Below are positions 36,500 through 47,640 of a stretch of 64,000 bases of DNA, piece by piece. The notes beneath the pieces were generated by a model, which was not told the DNA's origin, did no database searches, and saw nothing but the letters and a program-made list of their open reading frames with translations. The stretch is taken from NCBI RefSeq assembly GCF_001194135.2, contig NC_068981.1, positions 34,243,681 through 34,307,680 of the forward strand, read 5' to 3'. The translations under genes were made by a program, and so were the position numbers. Each line of letters begins with the position of its first letter. The first letter of the stretch is position 1. The DNA comes from Octopus bimaculoides (taxonomy: Eukaryota).

Positions 36500-37047
36500 T
36501 ATTTATCCATGTGGTGTTGAGCGCAAATTCTCACATTAACGTTCGATTAAACATGAAATCTGCTGCGTGAGCGCACTAGGTTTTAACGTTCTGGCTCACT
36601 TCCATTGTTTACAGCAGTACTTGGAAGGAAGGTGTGTAGCGTGTGGTCATCTCATTGACCATGTCAGAGAAAGTTCAGCAGAGAATCTGCATCAAATTTT
36701 GCCAAAAGCGTGGTGATACCTGCTCAAAGGACTATGCAAAGTTTTCAAAAAGTTTTCTTCGTTCTCAGCACAACCAAGGAGACCTAGTACAACTTTTTGG
36801 TCAGCTGAAAGCAGTTTTGGCACAAACTTCGCAGACTCGCGTCTCATACTCAAATCTTCAATGATAATGGACTGAACTGAATCGTAACAAGTCTGCACAT
36901 CACGGATAGTGATTCGACGATTTTTTCCCCTCAAAGCTGCACGCACATCTGCGATGTTTTTCTCAGTTTGCTGGTTGTGGGTCTCCCAGAATGTTCGTCA
37001 ATATTTTGCTTCGTTACAATGACAACTGTCCGGATACTTATTGATCA
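36500..37047 (+). mobile_element. Mariner derivative with internal inversion and deletion
   Basis: Plus MSEKVQQRICIKFCQKRGDTCS (HTH start); minus 36745-36990 EHSGRPTTS..NIADVRAA..MRRESAKFVPKLLS..NFLK; TIR-like gtccggatacttattgatcagatttcgt at 37018-37045. Confidence 0.8.
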
Positions 37048-37405
37048 GATTTCGTGTGTGTGTGTATATATATATATATATATGTGTATGTGTATGCGTG
37101 TGTGCGTGTGCGTGCGTTTATGTGTGTGTGTATGTGTATGTGTGTGTATGTGTGTGTGTGTATGTGATTGTGATTTTGTGGTACGGAGCAAAGCAGGCCT
37201 TGCCTTCCACTCAAGAAAACACATAGTAAATCATCCAGAAGCATTCAAGAAAACTGAGTTCTAAACTTGTTCCATTTGCCAAAAGGTTTGCAAGACACCG
37301 GCAGGCCTAAAGAGACATATGTGTGCCCATAGAACATTATTTATATTACTGAACCCTTATTTACCGTTTACGACAAGAGAATCCATCATCATCATAAACA
37401 TATAT

Positions 37406-38695
37406 ATAGGAGGGGGCATCTAAAAGTAACCGGAAACGTTCTCTGTGGGACAGGCCCGTTGTAGTTCAGGCTTCCGCCAATAGAAGCCGACCAGCGTCGT
37501 CCGGTGAGGTCATACTACCACGTAGTGCGTCTTTGTTTTGCAGTGCTTCTCCCTTGTTTCTCGATTTTTTTTTTGCGATGACTGAAACGAAGGAACAGCG
37601 TGCTTCCGTGAAATTCTGTTTTCTGCAGGGGAAAACGGTGGCCGAAACAGATGTCATGCTTCAAACAGCCTACAAGACCGCTGCCATGAGCAAAACAGAA
37701 GTTTACGAGTTGTTTTTCACGCTTTAGAAATGGTCATTTGTTGCTTGAAGACTAACCTCGTTCAGGACGACTGTCGACTTCCCAAAGTAATGAAAACGGA
37801 AATTGATGAACTGATCTTGGAGGACCATCACCGAGCAATGGACGGGCTTGTTGATATGACTAGTGTGTCTTGGCGCTCCTGCTAACGAATTTTGGATGAG
37901 GAATTGTGAATGAAAAGAGCTGCAGCGTAATTTGTACCTTGCTTGTTCACGGTAGATCAAAAGCAGTCACGACTGAATGCGTGTCATGAACTGAAAGAAC
38001 TGTTGGAAGTTGATCCGGGCTTTTATTCAAAGATCATCACTGGTGGCGAAATCTGGTGCTTCAGAATTTGCGGATGTGGAAGAGGAGAAGAAATAAAGAC
38101 GGAGCTGTTAAAAGGCATCGCTTTCCAAGAATTCCATCACTGCTTCCAAGTGTGGGAAACGCCTTTGGACCGACCGATGCATTGTTTCAAATGAAGACTA
38201 CTTTGAAAGTTGTTGGCACTCCGCCGCTTACGACGTCGAGGGTTCCAGTTGATCCGATCAACGGAACAGCCTGCTCGTGAAATTAACGTGCAAGTGGCTG
38301 AGCACTCCACAGACACGTGTACCCTTAACGTAGTTCTTGGGGATATTCAGCGTGACACAGTGTGACACAGTGTGACAAGGCTGACCCTTTGAATTACAGG
38401 CACAAAAGAAACAGGAAGTAAGAGTGAGAGAAAGTTGTGGTGAAAGAGTACAGTTGGGTTCGCCACCATCCACTGCCGGAGCCTCGTGGAGCTTTAGGTG
38501 TTTTCGCTCAATAAACCCTCACAACGCCCGGTCTGGAAATCGAAACCGCGATCCTATGACCGCGAGTCCGCTGCCCAAACCACTGGGCCATTGCGCCTCC
38601 ACACTTTGAAGGTAATAAAAGTGTAAACATGTAAAATTTAGTGAATAAAATGACATTGCAAATTTCTGTTTTTGTGGGAGGAACTCCTTCGTATA
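37406..38695 (+). mobile_element. Mariner (DD34D-type) relic lacking the catalytic core, with a SINE inserted near the 3' end
   Basis: EQRASVKFCFLQGKTVAET.., PRSGRLSTS, FVPCLFTVDQKQSR..KIITGGEIWCF then directly FADVEE..LKGI..FQEF; weak TIR-like ends. Confidence 0.8.
38211..38602 (-). mobile_element. SINE family A with TSD inside the mariner
   Basis: TSD actttgaaagt 38200-38210 / actttgaaggt 38603-38613. Confidence 0.93.
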
Positions 38696-39147
38696 TGTAT
38701 ATAGACATATGCGTGTGCATGTGTCTATGTGTGTGTGTGAGAGAGGGAGAGAGAGACAGAGACAGAGAGTTAGTGTGCATGTATGTGTGTGTATGCGTGT
38801 ACATATTCAGATGTGTTTATGTAGGTGTGGTATGGCTGAATGATTAAGAAATTCGCTTCGCAAGCACGAAGTCCCGTGTTCAATCTACGTTGTACTACAG
38901 ATTATATGACGGCTGTTTCTGCTTAAGAACGATGTTAAGGACAAATGTGTGTTTTGGGGGAATGATGTGTCACTTGCACTTTTATTCGGGAGTATGTAAT
39001 TCAGTCGATCCAACATCTCAAATTTCTCCATCGAACGACTGAGATGCACCATCGCCACGTGCGCACCCGCACACGACCTTGAACACACACATACACACAC
39101 GCGTTAATAACTAGATATGTATAGATACATACATATATATACATATA

Positions 39148-39373
39148 TACTTTTCTACTCGAGGCACAAGGCCCGAAATTTTGGGGGGTGGGGCCCAGTC
39201 GACTAGATCGACCCCAGTACGACTAGATCGAACTGGTACTTAATTTATCGACCCTGAAAGGATGGAAAGGCAAAATCGACCTCGGCGGAATTTGAACTCA
39301 GAACGTAAAGACAGACGAAATACCACTAAGCATTTCGTCCGGCGTGCTGACGTTTCTGCCAGCACGCCGCCTT
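39148..39373 (-). mobile_element. Nin-SINE family C
   Basis: aaggcggcgtgctggcagaaacgtcagcacg...ccttgtgcctcgagtagaaaagta. Confidence 0.88.
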
Positions 39374-39394
39374 CATATATACATACATATAGGC

Positions 39395-39500
39395 TAAGTA
39401 CTAGGTTTAGAAAGAATAAGTCCTGGGGTCGTTTTGTTTGACTAAAGGCGGTGCTCCAGCATGACTGCAGTCAAGTGACTGAAACAAATAAAAGAAGAGA
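39395..39500 (+). mobile_element. SINE family B tail fragment
   Basis: taagtactagg...gactaaaggcggtgctccagcatg...gaaacaaataaaagaag. Confidence 0.75.
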
Positions 39501-40462
39501 ATATAAGTATATATATATATATATATATATATATGCATACATAAATACATATACCTATGTAAACATAAATATGTGTGTGTATATATATATATANNNNNNN
39601 NNNNNNNNNNNNNNNNNNNNNNNNNNNNNNNNNNNNNNNNNNNNNNNNNNNNNNNNNNNNNNNNNNNNNNNNNNNNNNNNNNNNNNNNNNNNNNNNNNNN
39701 NNNNNNNNNNNNNNNNNNNNNNNNNNNNNNNNNNNNNNNNNNNNNNNNNNNNNNNNNNNNNNNNNNNNNNNNNNNNNNNNNNNNNNNNNNNNNNNNNNNN
39801 NNNNNNNNNNNNNNNNNNNNNNNNNNNNNNNNNNNNNNNNNNNNNNNNNNNNNNNNNNNNNNNNNNNNNNNNNNNNNNNNNNNNNNNNNNNNNNNNNNNN
39901 NNNNNNNNNNNNNNNNNNNNNNNNNNNNNNNNNNNNNNNNNNNNNNNNNNNNNNNNNNNNNNNNNNNNNNNNNNNNNNNNNNNNNNNNNNNNNNNNNNNN
40001 NNNNNNNNNNNNNNNNNNNNNNNNNNNNNNNNNNNNNNNNNNNNNNNNNNNNNNNNNNNNNNNNNNNNNNNNNNNNNNNNNNNNNNNNNNNNNNNNNNNN
40101 NNNNNNNNNNNNNNNNNNNNNNNNNNNNNNNNNNNNNNNNNNNNNNNNNNNNNNNNNNNNNNNNNNNNNNNNNNNNNNNNNNNATATATAGGGATTCGCT
40201 AAATGTATTTGTGTAGGAAGACGATTATATGAAAAATAAACATGAGATATTGTCACCGAATAGAAGTATTAATGTCTGTATATACTAATAAATATACGTA
40301 TACACACATCCACACTCACATCCCTCCACACTAACAAAGACATACTAAAGTGTGTAAATATATGTAATAATTTATGAATTTAAACTATAATATGCATGTA
40401 TGTATATATATATATAAATGTATGTGTGTGTGTGTATGTATCTTGTAATATANNNNNNNNNN

Positions 40463-40494
<32 letters not shown>

Positions 40495-41649
40495 GTATGT
40501 ATATATATTTACATATATATGTGCACATGTACATATATATTTGTATATATCTCCCTATATACGTATCTGTTCAGTGTGAGTGTGTGTGTGTGTGTGCGAG
40601 TGTGCCTCTGTGTGTGGCTCTGTGTATGTGTTTGTTTGTGTGTGTTTGTAGAAGCAATCAGTCATATACACGAATACAGTTTGGTATCTATGTTACGTAC
40701 CATTGCAAGTTAAATGTACATATATCAATGGCATTATTTGCACCTGCACAGGTACGTGTCCTTGCGTGTACATAAAGGAATTACTGTATTTTCTGTATAT
40801 TTATTGAGTTATGCACGTGTAGAAGACTGGTGATGACACATTGAACGTCTAAAGACATATATATATATATATATATANNNNNNNNNNNNNNNNNNNNNNN
40901 NNNNNNNNNNNNNNNNNNNNNNNNNNNNNNNNNNNNNNNNNNNNNNNNNNNNNNNNNNNNNNNNNNNNNNNNNNNNNNNNNNNNNNNNNNNNNNNNNNNN
41001 NNNNNNNNNNNNNNNNNNNNNNNNNNNNNNNNNNNNNNNNNNNNNNNNNNNNNNNNNNNNNNNNNNNNNNNNNNNNNNNNNNNNNNNNNNNNNNNNNNNN
41101 NNNNNNNNNNNNNNNNNNNNNNNNNNNNNNNNNNNNNNNNNNNNNNNNNNNNNNNNNNNNNNNNNNNNNNNNNNNNNNNNNNNNNNNNNNNNNNNNNNNN
41201 NNNNNNNNNNNNNNNNNNNNNNNNNNNNNNNNNNNNNNNNNNNNNNNNNNNNNNNNNNNNNNNNNNNNNNNNNNNNNNNNNNNNNNNNNNNNNNNNNNNN
41301 NNNNNNNNNNNNNNNNNNNNNNNNNNNNNNNNNNNNNNNNNNNNNNNNNNNNNNNNNNNNNNNNNNNNNNNNNNNNNNNNNNNNNNNNNNNNNNNNNNNN
41401 NNNNNNNNNNNNNNNNNNNNNNNNNNNNNNNNNNNNNNNNNNNNNNNNNNNNNNNNNNNNNNNNNNNNNNNNNNNNNNNNNNNNNNNNNNNNNNNNNNNN
41501 NNNNNNNNNNNNNNNNNNNNNNNNNNNNNNNNNNNNNNNNNNNNNNNNNNNNNNNNNNNNNNNNNNNNNNNNNNNNNNNNNNNNNNNNNNNNNNNNNNNN
41601 NNNNNNNNNNNNNNNNNNNNNNNNNNNACATGTATGTATGTATGTATAT

Positions 41650-41760
41650 GTTTGTGTGTCTGTGTTTGTACCCCCACCATCGCTTGACAGCTGATGTTGG
41701 TGTGGTTACGTCCCCGTATCTAGCTGTTCGGCAAAAGAGACCGATAGAATAAGTACTTCA
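41650..41760 (+). mobile_element. SINE family B 3' fragment
   Basis: catcgcttgacagctgatgttggtgtggttacgtccccg...gatagaataagtac. Confidence 0.75.
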
Positions 41761-41799
41761 GTTTATTTTTGGTGGTGCAAAGAGTTTTGTTGGTTTCTA

Positions 41800-41814
41800 A
41801 CCCAACGCCCCCCC

Positions 41815-41850
<36 letters not shown>

Positions 41851-42325
41851 AATCAAGAGGGTTGCAGTCTGGGGAATTATGTGGTCAGATGTTAGGGGTG
41901 ATGTGGTCTCAGAAATTATCTGATAGCCATGACTCCTGCTTGTGTGGCATGGTGCAGAATCCTGTTGCCAAACATTGGGTCTTCCAGCAGCCACCTTCTT
42001 CACGCAGGGCAGCACTACCTCCTCCAGGAACTTGATATAGGCATCCGTCTTGAATGTGAGGCCGTGTGGGAAGATGAATTAAGGCATAGCGTTGCCATCA
42101 CTAGTGATCCCGCCAAACATCATGATGTTGATTGGATGTTTCATTTTTATGAATCTCAGTACATGTCCGCAGATTGCACTGCCCTCAGATCGATACCCAA
42201 ACACTTTGAAATGTCGTAACGAAAATTTTAGAAAATTGAATAAGTAAATGAGTGGATATTTTACCAGTGAGTGTATTAAATTATAAGGTACTAAAAGAGC
42301 ATTACTTTCCTCAGACACAACTGAA
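41800..42325 (-). mobile_element. maT (DD37D) Tc1/mariner relic, internally deleted
   Basis: KHPINIMMFGGITSDG..LPCVKKVAAGRPNVWQQDSAPCHTS..PDCNPLDY; TIR-like tattcagttgtgtctgaggaaagtaatg at 42300-42325. Confidence 0.8.
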
Positions 42326-42334
42326 TATATATAC

Positions 42335-42712
42335 TTTTACTCTTTTACTTGTTTCAGTCATTTGACTGCCGACATGCTGGAGCACGGCCTTTAGTCGAGC
42401 AAATCGACCCCCAGGACTTATTCGTTGAAAGCCTAGTACTTATTCTATCGGTCTCTTTTGCCGAACCGCTTAGGTAACGGGGACGTAAACACACCAGCAT
42501 CGGTTGTCAAGCGATGTTGGGGGTGGGGACAAACACAGACACACAAACATAAATACACACACATACATACATATATATATATACATATATGACGCGCTTC
42601 TTTCAGTTTTCCGTCTATCAAATCCACCCGCAAGGCTTTGGTTGGCCCGAGGCTATAGTAGAAGACACTTGCCCAAGGTGTCACGCAGTGGGACTGAACC
42701 CAGAACCATGTG
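42335..42712 (-). mobile_element. SINE family B, 5'-clipped
   Basis: accacatggttctgggttcagtcccactgcgtg...gaaacaagtaaaagagtaaaag. Confidence 0.9.
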
Positions 42713-42900
42713 GTATATATATATATATATATATGGATCAAAACTTTTTGATTCAAATTCTGTGTTACTTAAAGCTTCAAAGCTCGTGGAGCTTCACAAG
42801 CTTTGAAACTTTAAGTAGCACGGAATAAAATTGTGTTGATCCCAACATGAAACTCCCAGTGAAAGTGTTGAGTGCCCTTCTTTCGTCGTCCACTCAGTCG

Positions 42901-42932
<32 letters not shown>

Positions 42933-43835
42933 TGTATATATGTATGTATGTATGTACATATGTATGTATGTATGTATGTATATATACACGCACATATGAA
43001 TGTGTGTGCGTATGTGTATGTGTGTGTGTGTGTGTAGGTATATATGTATGTATACATAGCATAAACCTGAAAGTACATGAACTTGGTTATGTCCGTATGT
43101 ATTTTTGTGCAAGCATATCAGGACGAGAATGCACTCACGTTCTGTGTATGCATCTATGTATGTCTGTATGTTCTGGTTGCATCTATATATCTGTGCGTGC
43201 CCGCATGTTTTTATATATTATGTCAGAGAGAGTCTGTTGTGCTTAATTTTGCATATGTATATATATATGTGTGTTTGTGTGTGTGTGCATGTATGTATAC
43301 GTATATTTATACACAAGCACACACGCACACATACATGTATATAGAATATATATATAAATATATATATATATATACACATATGTATTTGCAGAAAGAAGGG
43401 GACATATGTTTTATATCATGTTTTTCCTTTTATGTTTGTTTTCTTTTGTTTTTTTCTTTTTATTTTTGCCACGTATATATAACCATGTAAAAGATAACGG
43501 CAGTCGAGAATGGCGAGGGGGGGCGGGAGGATGCGATATCTGCACGTACGCAAAACAAAAACTAACAAAAACAACAATGATAATCATAATCAGGAAGAAG
43601 AAGAAGGAGACGAAAAAGATAATAAGAACAACTCTATTTCAACAAAAAGAACAACAACAACGGAACAACAACAATAATAATAACAATAATAATAATTACT
43701 ACGAAAAAGAAAAGATGAAAAAATGAAGAAAGAATCAATGAAGAGAATGTAGAAAAGAAAGAAAAAAAAGAGAAAAGAAAGCGTAAAATAAATAAAGCGA
43801 GTGTGGCATCCTACCTTAATTGGATGAAGTCTTAC

Positions 43836-43877
43836 CTGGGTTTCTAGAGGAAGGAGTGCAGGTAGGAAGAGATATGG
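43836..43877 (-). CDS. Candidate small internal exon of an unidentified host gene (42 nt; alternative 8-nt form 43836-43843)
   Basis: Long pyrimidine tract, acceptor ctcatag, donor CAG|gtaaga; open in two frames (PYLFLPALLPLETQ or ISLPTCTPSSRNP). Confidence 0.35.
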
Positions 43878-44266
43878 CTATGAGTGTTGAGTAAAAAGGT
43901 GTAGAAATGATGTAAGATAGGATGAAGAATAAATGCCAAGTGTGGAAGGTGGGGGGGCGGAGGGAAAGTAAAAGAAACCTTTAATAAAAAAATTTTTAAA
44001 TAGAAAATTAAAAGGTGGAGCATTAATAAAAATAGTGGTGGGGGAGCGGAACCATCTTATAAAAGATCCATTTCAACAAAGAACAAGAACCCAACAAGAA
44101 AAAGAGGAAAAGAAAAAGAAAAAAATATCCCGGCAAAAAAGAAAAATAACGGTATTATATATAAATTTGCGTGTGTGTGTGTGTGCATATATATGTACAC
44201 ATATATATATGTACATTTATATATGCATGTACGGGCATATACATACGTTTCTTTCTCCCTCAACAC

Positions 44267-44310
<44 letters not shown>

Positions 44311-44854
44311 NNNNNNNNNNNNNNNNNNNNNNNNNNNNNNNNNNNNNNNNNNNNNNNNNNNNNNNNNNNNNNNNNNNNNNNNNNNNNNNNNNNNNNNNNN
44401 NNNNNNNNNNNNNNNNNNNNNNNNNNNNNNNNNNNNNNNNNNNNNNNNNNNNNNNNNNNNNNNNNNNNNNNNNNNNNNNNNNNNNNNNNNNNNNNNNNNN
44501 NNNNNNNNNNNNNNNNNNNNNNNNNNNNNNNNNNNNNNNNNNNNNNNNNNNNNNNNNNNNNNNNNNNNNNNNNNNNNNNNNNNNNNNNNNNNNNNNNNNN
44601 NNNNNNNNNNNNNNNNNNNNNNNNNNNNNNNNNNNNNNNNNNNNNNNNNNNNNNNNNNNNNNNNNNNNNNNNNNNNNNNNNNNNNNNNNNNNNNNNNNNN
44701 NNNNNNNNNNNNNNNNNNNNNNNNNNNNNNNNNNNNNNNNNNNNNNNNNNNNNNNNNNNNNNNNNNNNNNNNNNNNNNNNNNNNNNNNNNNNNNNNNNNN
44801 NNNNNNNNNNNNNNNNNNNNNNNNNNNNNNNNNNNNNNNNNNNNNNNNNNNNNN

Positions 44855-44899
<45 letters not shown>

Positions 44900-45115
44900 A
44901 TATTTGTGTGTGTGTCTGTATTTGTTCTCCTGCCATCGCTTGACCACCGATGCTGGAGTGTTTATGTCCCCGTAACCTAGTAGTTCGGGAAAGGAGACCG
45001 ATAGAATACTAGGCTCACAAAAAATAAGTCCTGGGGTCGATTTCTTCGACTAACACCCTTTAATGTGGTGCTCCAGCATTGCCGCAGTCAAATTACTGAA
45101 ACAAGTAAAAAATAT
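44900..45115 (+). mobile_element. SINE family B 3' half
   Basis: catcgcttgaccaccgatgctgg...actgaaacaagtaaaaa. Confidence 0.82.
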
Positions 45116-45129
45116 AAGAATGCATACAA

Positions 45130-45160
<31 letters not shown>

Positions 45161-45259
45161 TATTGATAGAAAGGACAACAAAAGAAAGAAAGAAACCTCG
45201 ATATTATGTAAATAGAGGAATTTATCTGTAAAAATATGTGACACTTATTCGGTAGCCAT

Positions 45260-45320
45260 GATAAAACTCCGAGTTTCGGATGCCGGGGTGGGAACCCACG
45301 CCAACATCTCTTCAGTTATC
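45260..45320 (-). ncRNA. Type I hammerhead ribozyme, complete core
   Basis: gauaa CUGAAGA gauguugg[c gugg-guuc-ccac c]ccggcauc c GAAAC UCGGA GU U uuauc; stem I 5/5, stem II 8 bp, stem III 3 bp. Confidence 0.78.
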
Positions 45321-45769
45321 CGGCCATTGAAAATTCTTGTGAAAAATGACCGTTAAACAAAGGGAAATTACTGTGTGGTTGACCGTTATTAAGACAAAAG
45401 AGCTATAGACCGCTAAGTAAGGGGATGGGGTAAAGGTAAGGGAGTAGAAAAGTTTATAGTGTTCGCGTAAGCGCACCAATCCGTACACTAGCCTATATGT
45501 ATATACTAGACCACCCTCGCTTGAAACACACACATGCTCACCCACATACTCGCCAAAAACTATACATATATATGCATATACATATATATACCCGCATACA
45601 CGGGTATCCCGCATACACACCCACACACACACGCACTCAACAATCTCGCACCCATACGCACGCATGCAAAAATAATCATAGCGCTAAAATCAAAATACAG
45701 AAGAAAGTGTGNNNNNNNNNNAACACAAAATAACAACAACGCGAGGACATGGTACATGTAAAGAAGTAT

Positions 45770-45960
45770 TAGCAGACACTCAGGAAAGGAAAGAAAGATG
45801 GTTTAACGTTTCGAGCAACGCTCTTCTTCAGAAACAGAAGAAAGTCCAATAGAATTGAAGAAAATTGCCAACGATTCACATGTGGTTACATTTTGAAATG
45901 ACCGGAAGGGAATGGGTGAAGAAGAAGTTCTTTCTAAGACAGGAGAATGTAAGAGAATGA
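45770..45960 (-). mobile_element. PLE-type terminal fragment
   Basis: Carries the minimal hammerhead and a pyrimidine-rich tail (catctttctttcctttcctgagtgtctgctaata). Confidence 0.55.
45801..45835 (-). ncRNA. Minimal type I hammerhead ribozyme (35 nt)
   Basis: guuu CUGAAGA a gagc guu gcuc GAAAC GU U aaac; palindromic ACGU stem III. Confidence 0.75.
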
Positions 45961-46031
45961 GGTATTTGTGTGCATGTGTGGGTATGTGCGTGCGTGCTCC
46001 GAATTTCTGTAAATGTGTATAGAATAAATAC

Positions 46032-46124
46032 ATCAGTAGAATAAAGTTGCAGCATGGTCTGGTCTTCACGTTTCTTATTATTGTATTTTAAAACCAGACC
46101 ACGTTGTAACTTTATTCAAGTGAT
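46032..46124. repeat. Short palindromic element (25-32 bp arms)
   Basis: gaataaagttgcagcatggtctggt (46039-63) / accagaccacgttgtaactttattc (46093-117). Confidence 0.8.
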
Positions 46125-46127
46125 ATA

Positions 46128-46163
<36 letters not shown>

Positions 46164-46191
46164 TGTGTATGTGTGTGTGTGTGTGTGTGTG

Positions 46192-46418
46192 TAATTTAGA
46201 GAAAAAACCCACAGTTATTTAATTCATCCATGAAAATCCACAATCACATATAGAAAAATTTAATAAATAAATACACTATTTTACTATTCTAATATTTATT
46301 TCTTTGTACTTTTTGGATTTTTATTATAGGTCTTTTTAGTGTATTTACTAATTAAATTTTTCTGATTGTGGATTTTCATGGATGAATTAAATAATTGTGG
46401 GGTTTTTTCTCTAAATTA
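46192..46418. repeat. Palindromic element with ~85 bp arms
   Basis: taatttagagaaaaaacccacagttatttaattcatccatgaaaatccacaatca... and its reverse complement ending ...ggttttttctctaaatta. Confidence 0.9.
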
Positions 46419-46619
46419 TATATTTATATATTATATATTGTGAAATTTAATTTAATTTTGATAAATTAAATTGAATTTTTCCCTGTAAATTTGGAATTTT
46501 CCCCTGTAAATTTGGAATTTTTCCCCTAATATTATTATCATAATTATTAAAATTATTAATTGTTGATTTATTAATAAATTAATAAATTGATAAACCTTTA
46601 CCCTTTTAATTGTAATAAT

Positions 46620-46980
46620 TATTCACTCCCTGATAGTAAACCGCAAATTTTCTGCGGTATTGCTTGTGACGCAAATGGTAATTTCTTGAGGAAGAAATAG
46701 TGGACTGGCTGGCCTATGTAGGTTCGGTTGTGCTTTCAGGTTGTGCCGATGCATGATGTTCACTCGTTCATGCATGCACAATTTGCTAGCATCGTCAAAT
46801 TTACAACTAGAATATACCGATAAAGGAAATGGAGTGTTATCGCTCATAATCCAGAAACGCGTCTATGATTAACTTCGAATGGTTAGTTTTCATTGTTTTT
46901 TCTTCTTGTTTTTACCTTTGTGAGTTACAAGTAATGCTATCTGTTGGAGTCTCAGATTTTTTAGCTGCTATTTCTGAACT
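46620..46980 (-). mobile_element. Possible diverged PLE endonuclease C-terminal remnant
   Basis: FWIMSDNTPFPLSVYSSCKFDDASKLCMHERVNIM loosely resembles PLE IWKLKDNN..CKLC..EK. Confidence 0.4.
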
Positions 46981-47028
46981 TCGGNNNNNNNNNNNNNNNN
47001 NNNNNNNNNNNNNNNNNNNNNNNNNNNN

Positions 47029-47068
<40 letters not shown>

Positions 47069-47169
47069 AGAGAAAGAGAGAGAGAGAGAGAGATACATAC
47101 ATACATAAATACATACATATATACATGTGTACAAATACACACACATGTAGGCACGTATATATGTATGTG

Positions 47170-47360
47170 TGTGTCTGTGTCTTTGTCCATGTTCCCCTTC
47201 CACTTGACCACAAGTGTTCGTTTGTTTATCTTCCCGTGAGTTAGCAGCAAAAGAAAATGACAATAAATACCAGACTTTAAAAGAAATAAAGAATTGGTTC
47301 AATTTTTTCGATTAAATCATTCAAGGTAAGGCCCAGCATGGCCGCAAGTAAAAGATAAAA
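47170..47360 (+). mobile_element. Diverged SINE family B tail
   Basis: ccacttgaccacaagtgttcgtttgtttatcttcccgtgag...cccagcatggccgcaagtaaaagataaaag. Confidence 0.65.
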
Positions 47361-47525
47361 GTTATATGTTTGTGAATGTGTGTGTTTGACATATTGAGAC
47401 AAATACAAGCGTGTAACATACAGGCAAATTTATTAACAATGTTCAAATATAAATAAATCCCGTAGATTTCTCAGGGGAACGGATGCAGAAGATCGAGACG
47501 TTTCTAGTTTATTGCTGATACTTAC

Positions 47526-47560
47526 CGGTTCCATTGGGACGAACGAGAAAATCGAACAGT
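47526..47560 (-). CDS. Candidate 35-nt internal exon of an unidentified host gene
   Basis: Acceptor ttgttgtcgttcgattccag, donor CG|gtaagt; all three frames open (e.g. LFDFLVRPNGT); unique CpG-retaining context. Confidence 0.4.
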
Positions 47561-47640
47561 CTGGAATCGAACGACAACAATTAATAAGCAATAAAATCCC
47601 GGAACTGATTTCGTCATTTATCTTGTTTAGAACAAATATA

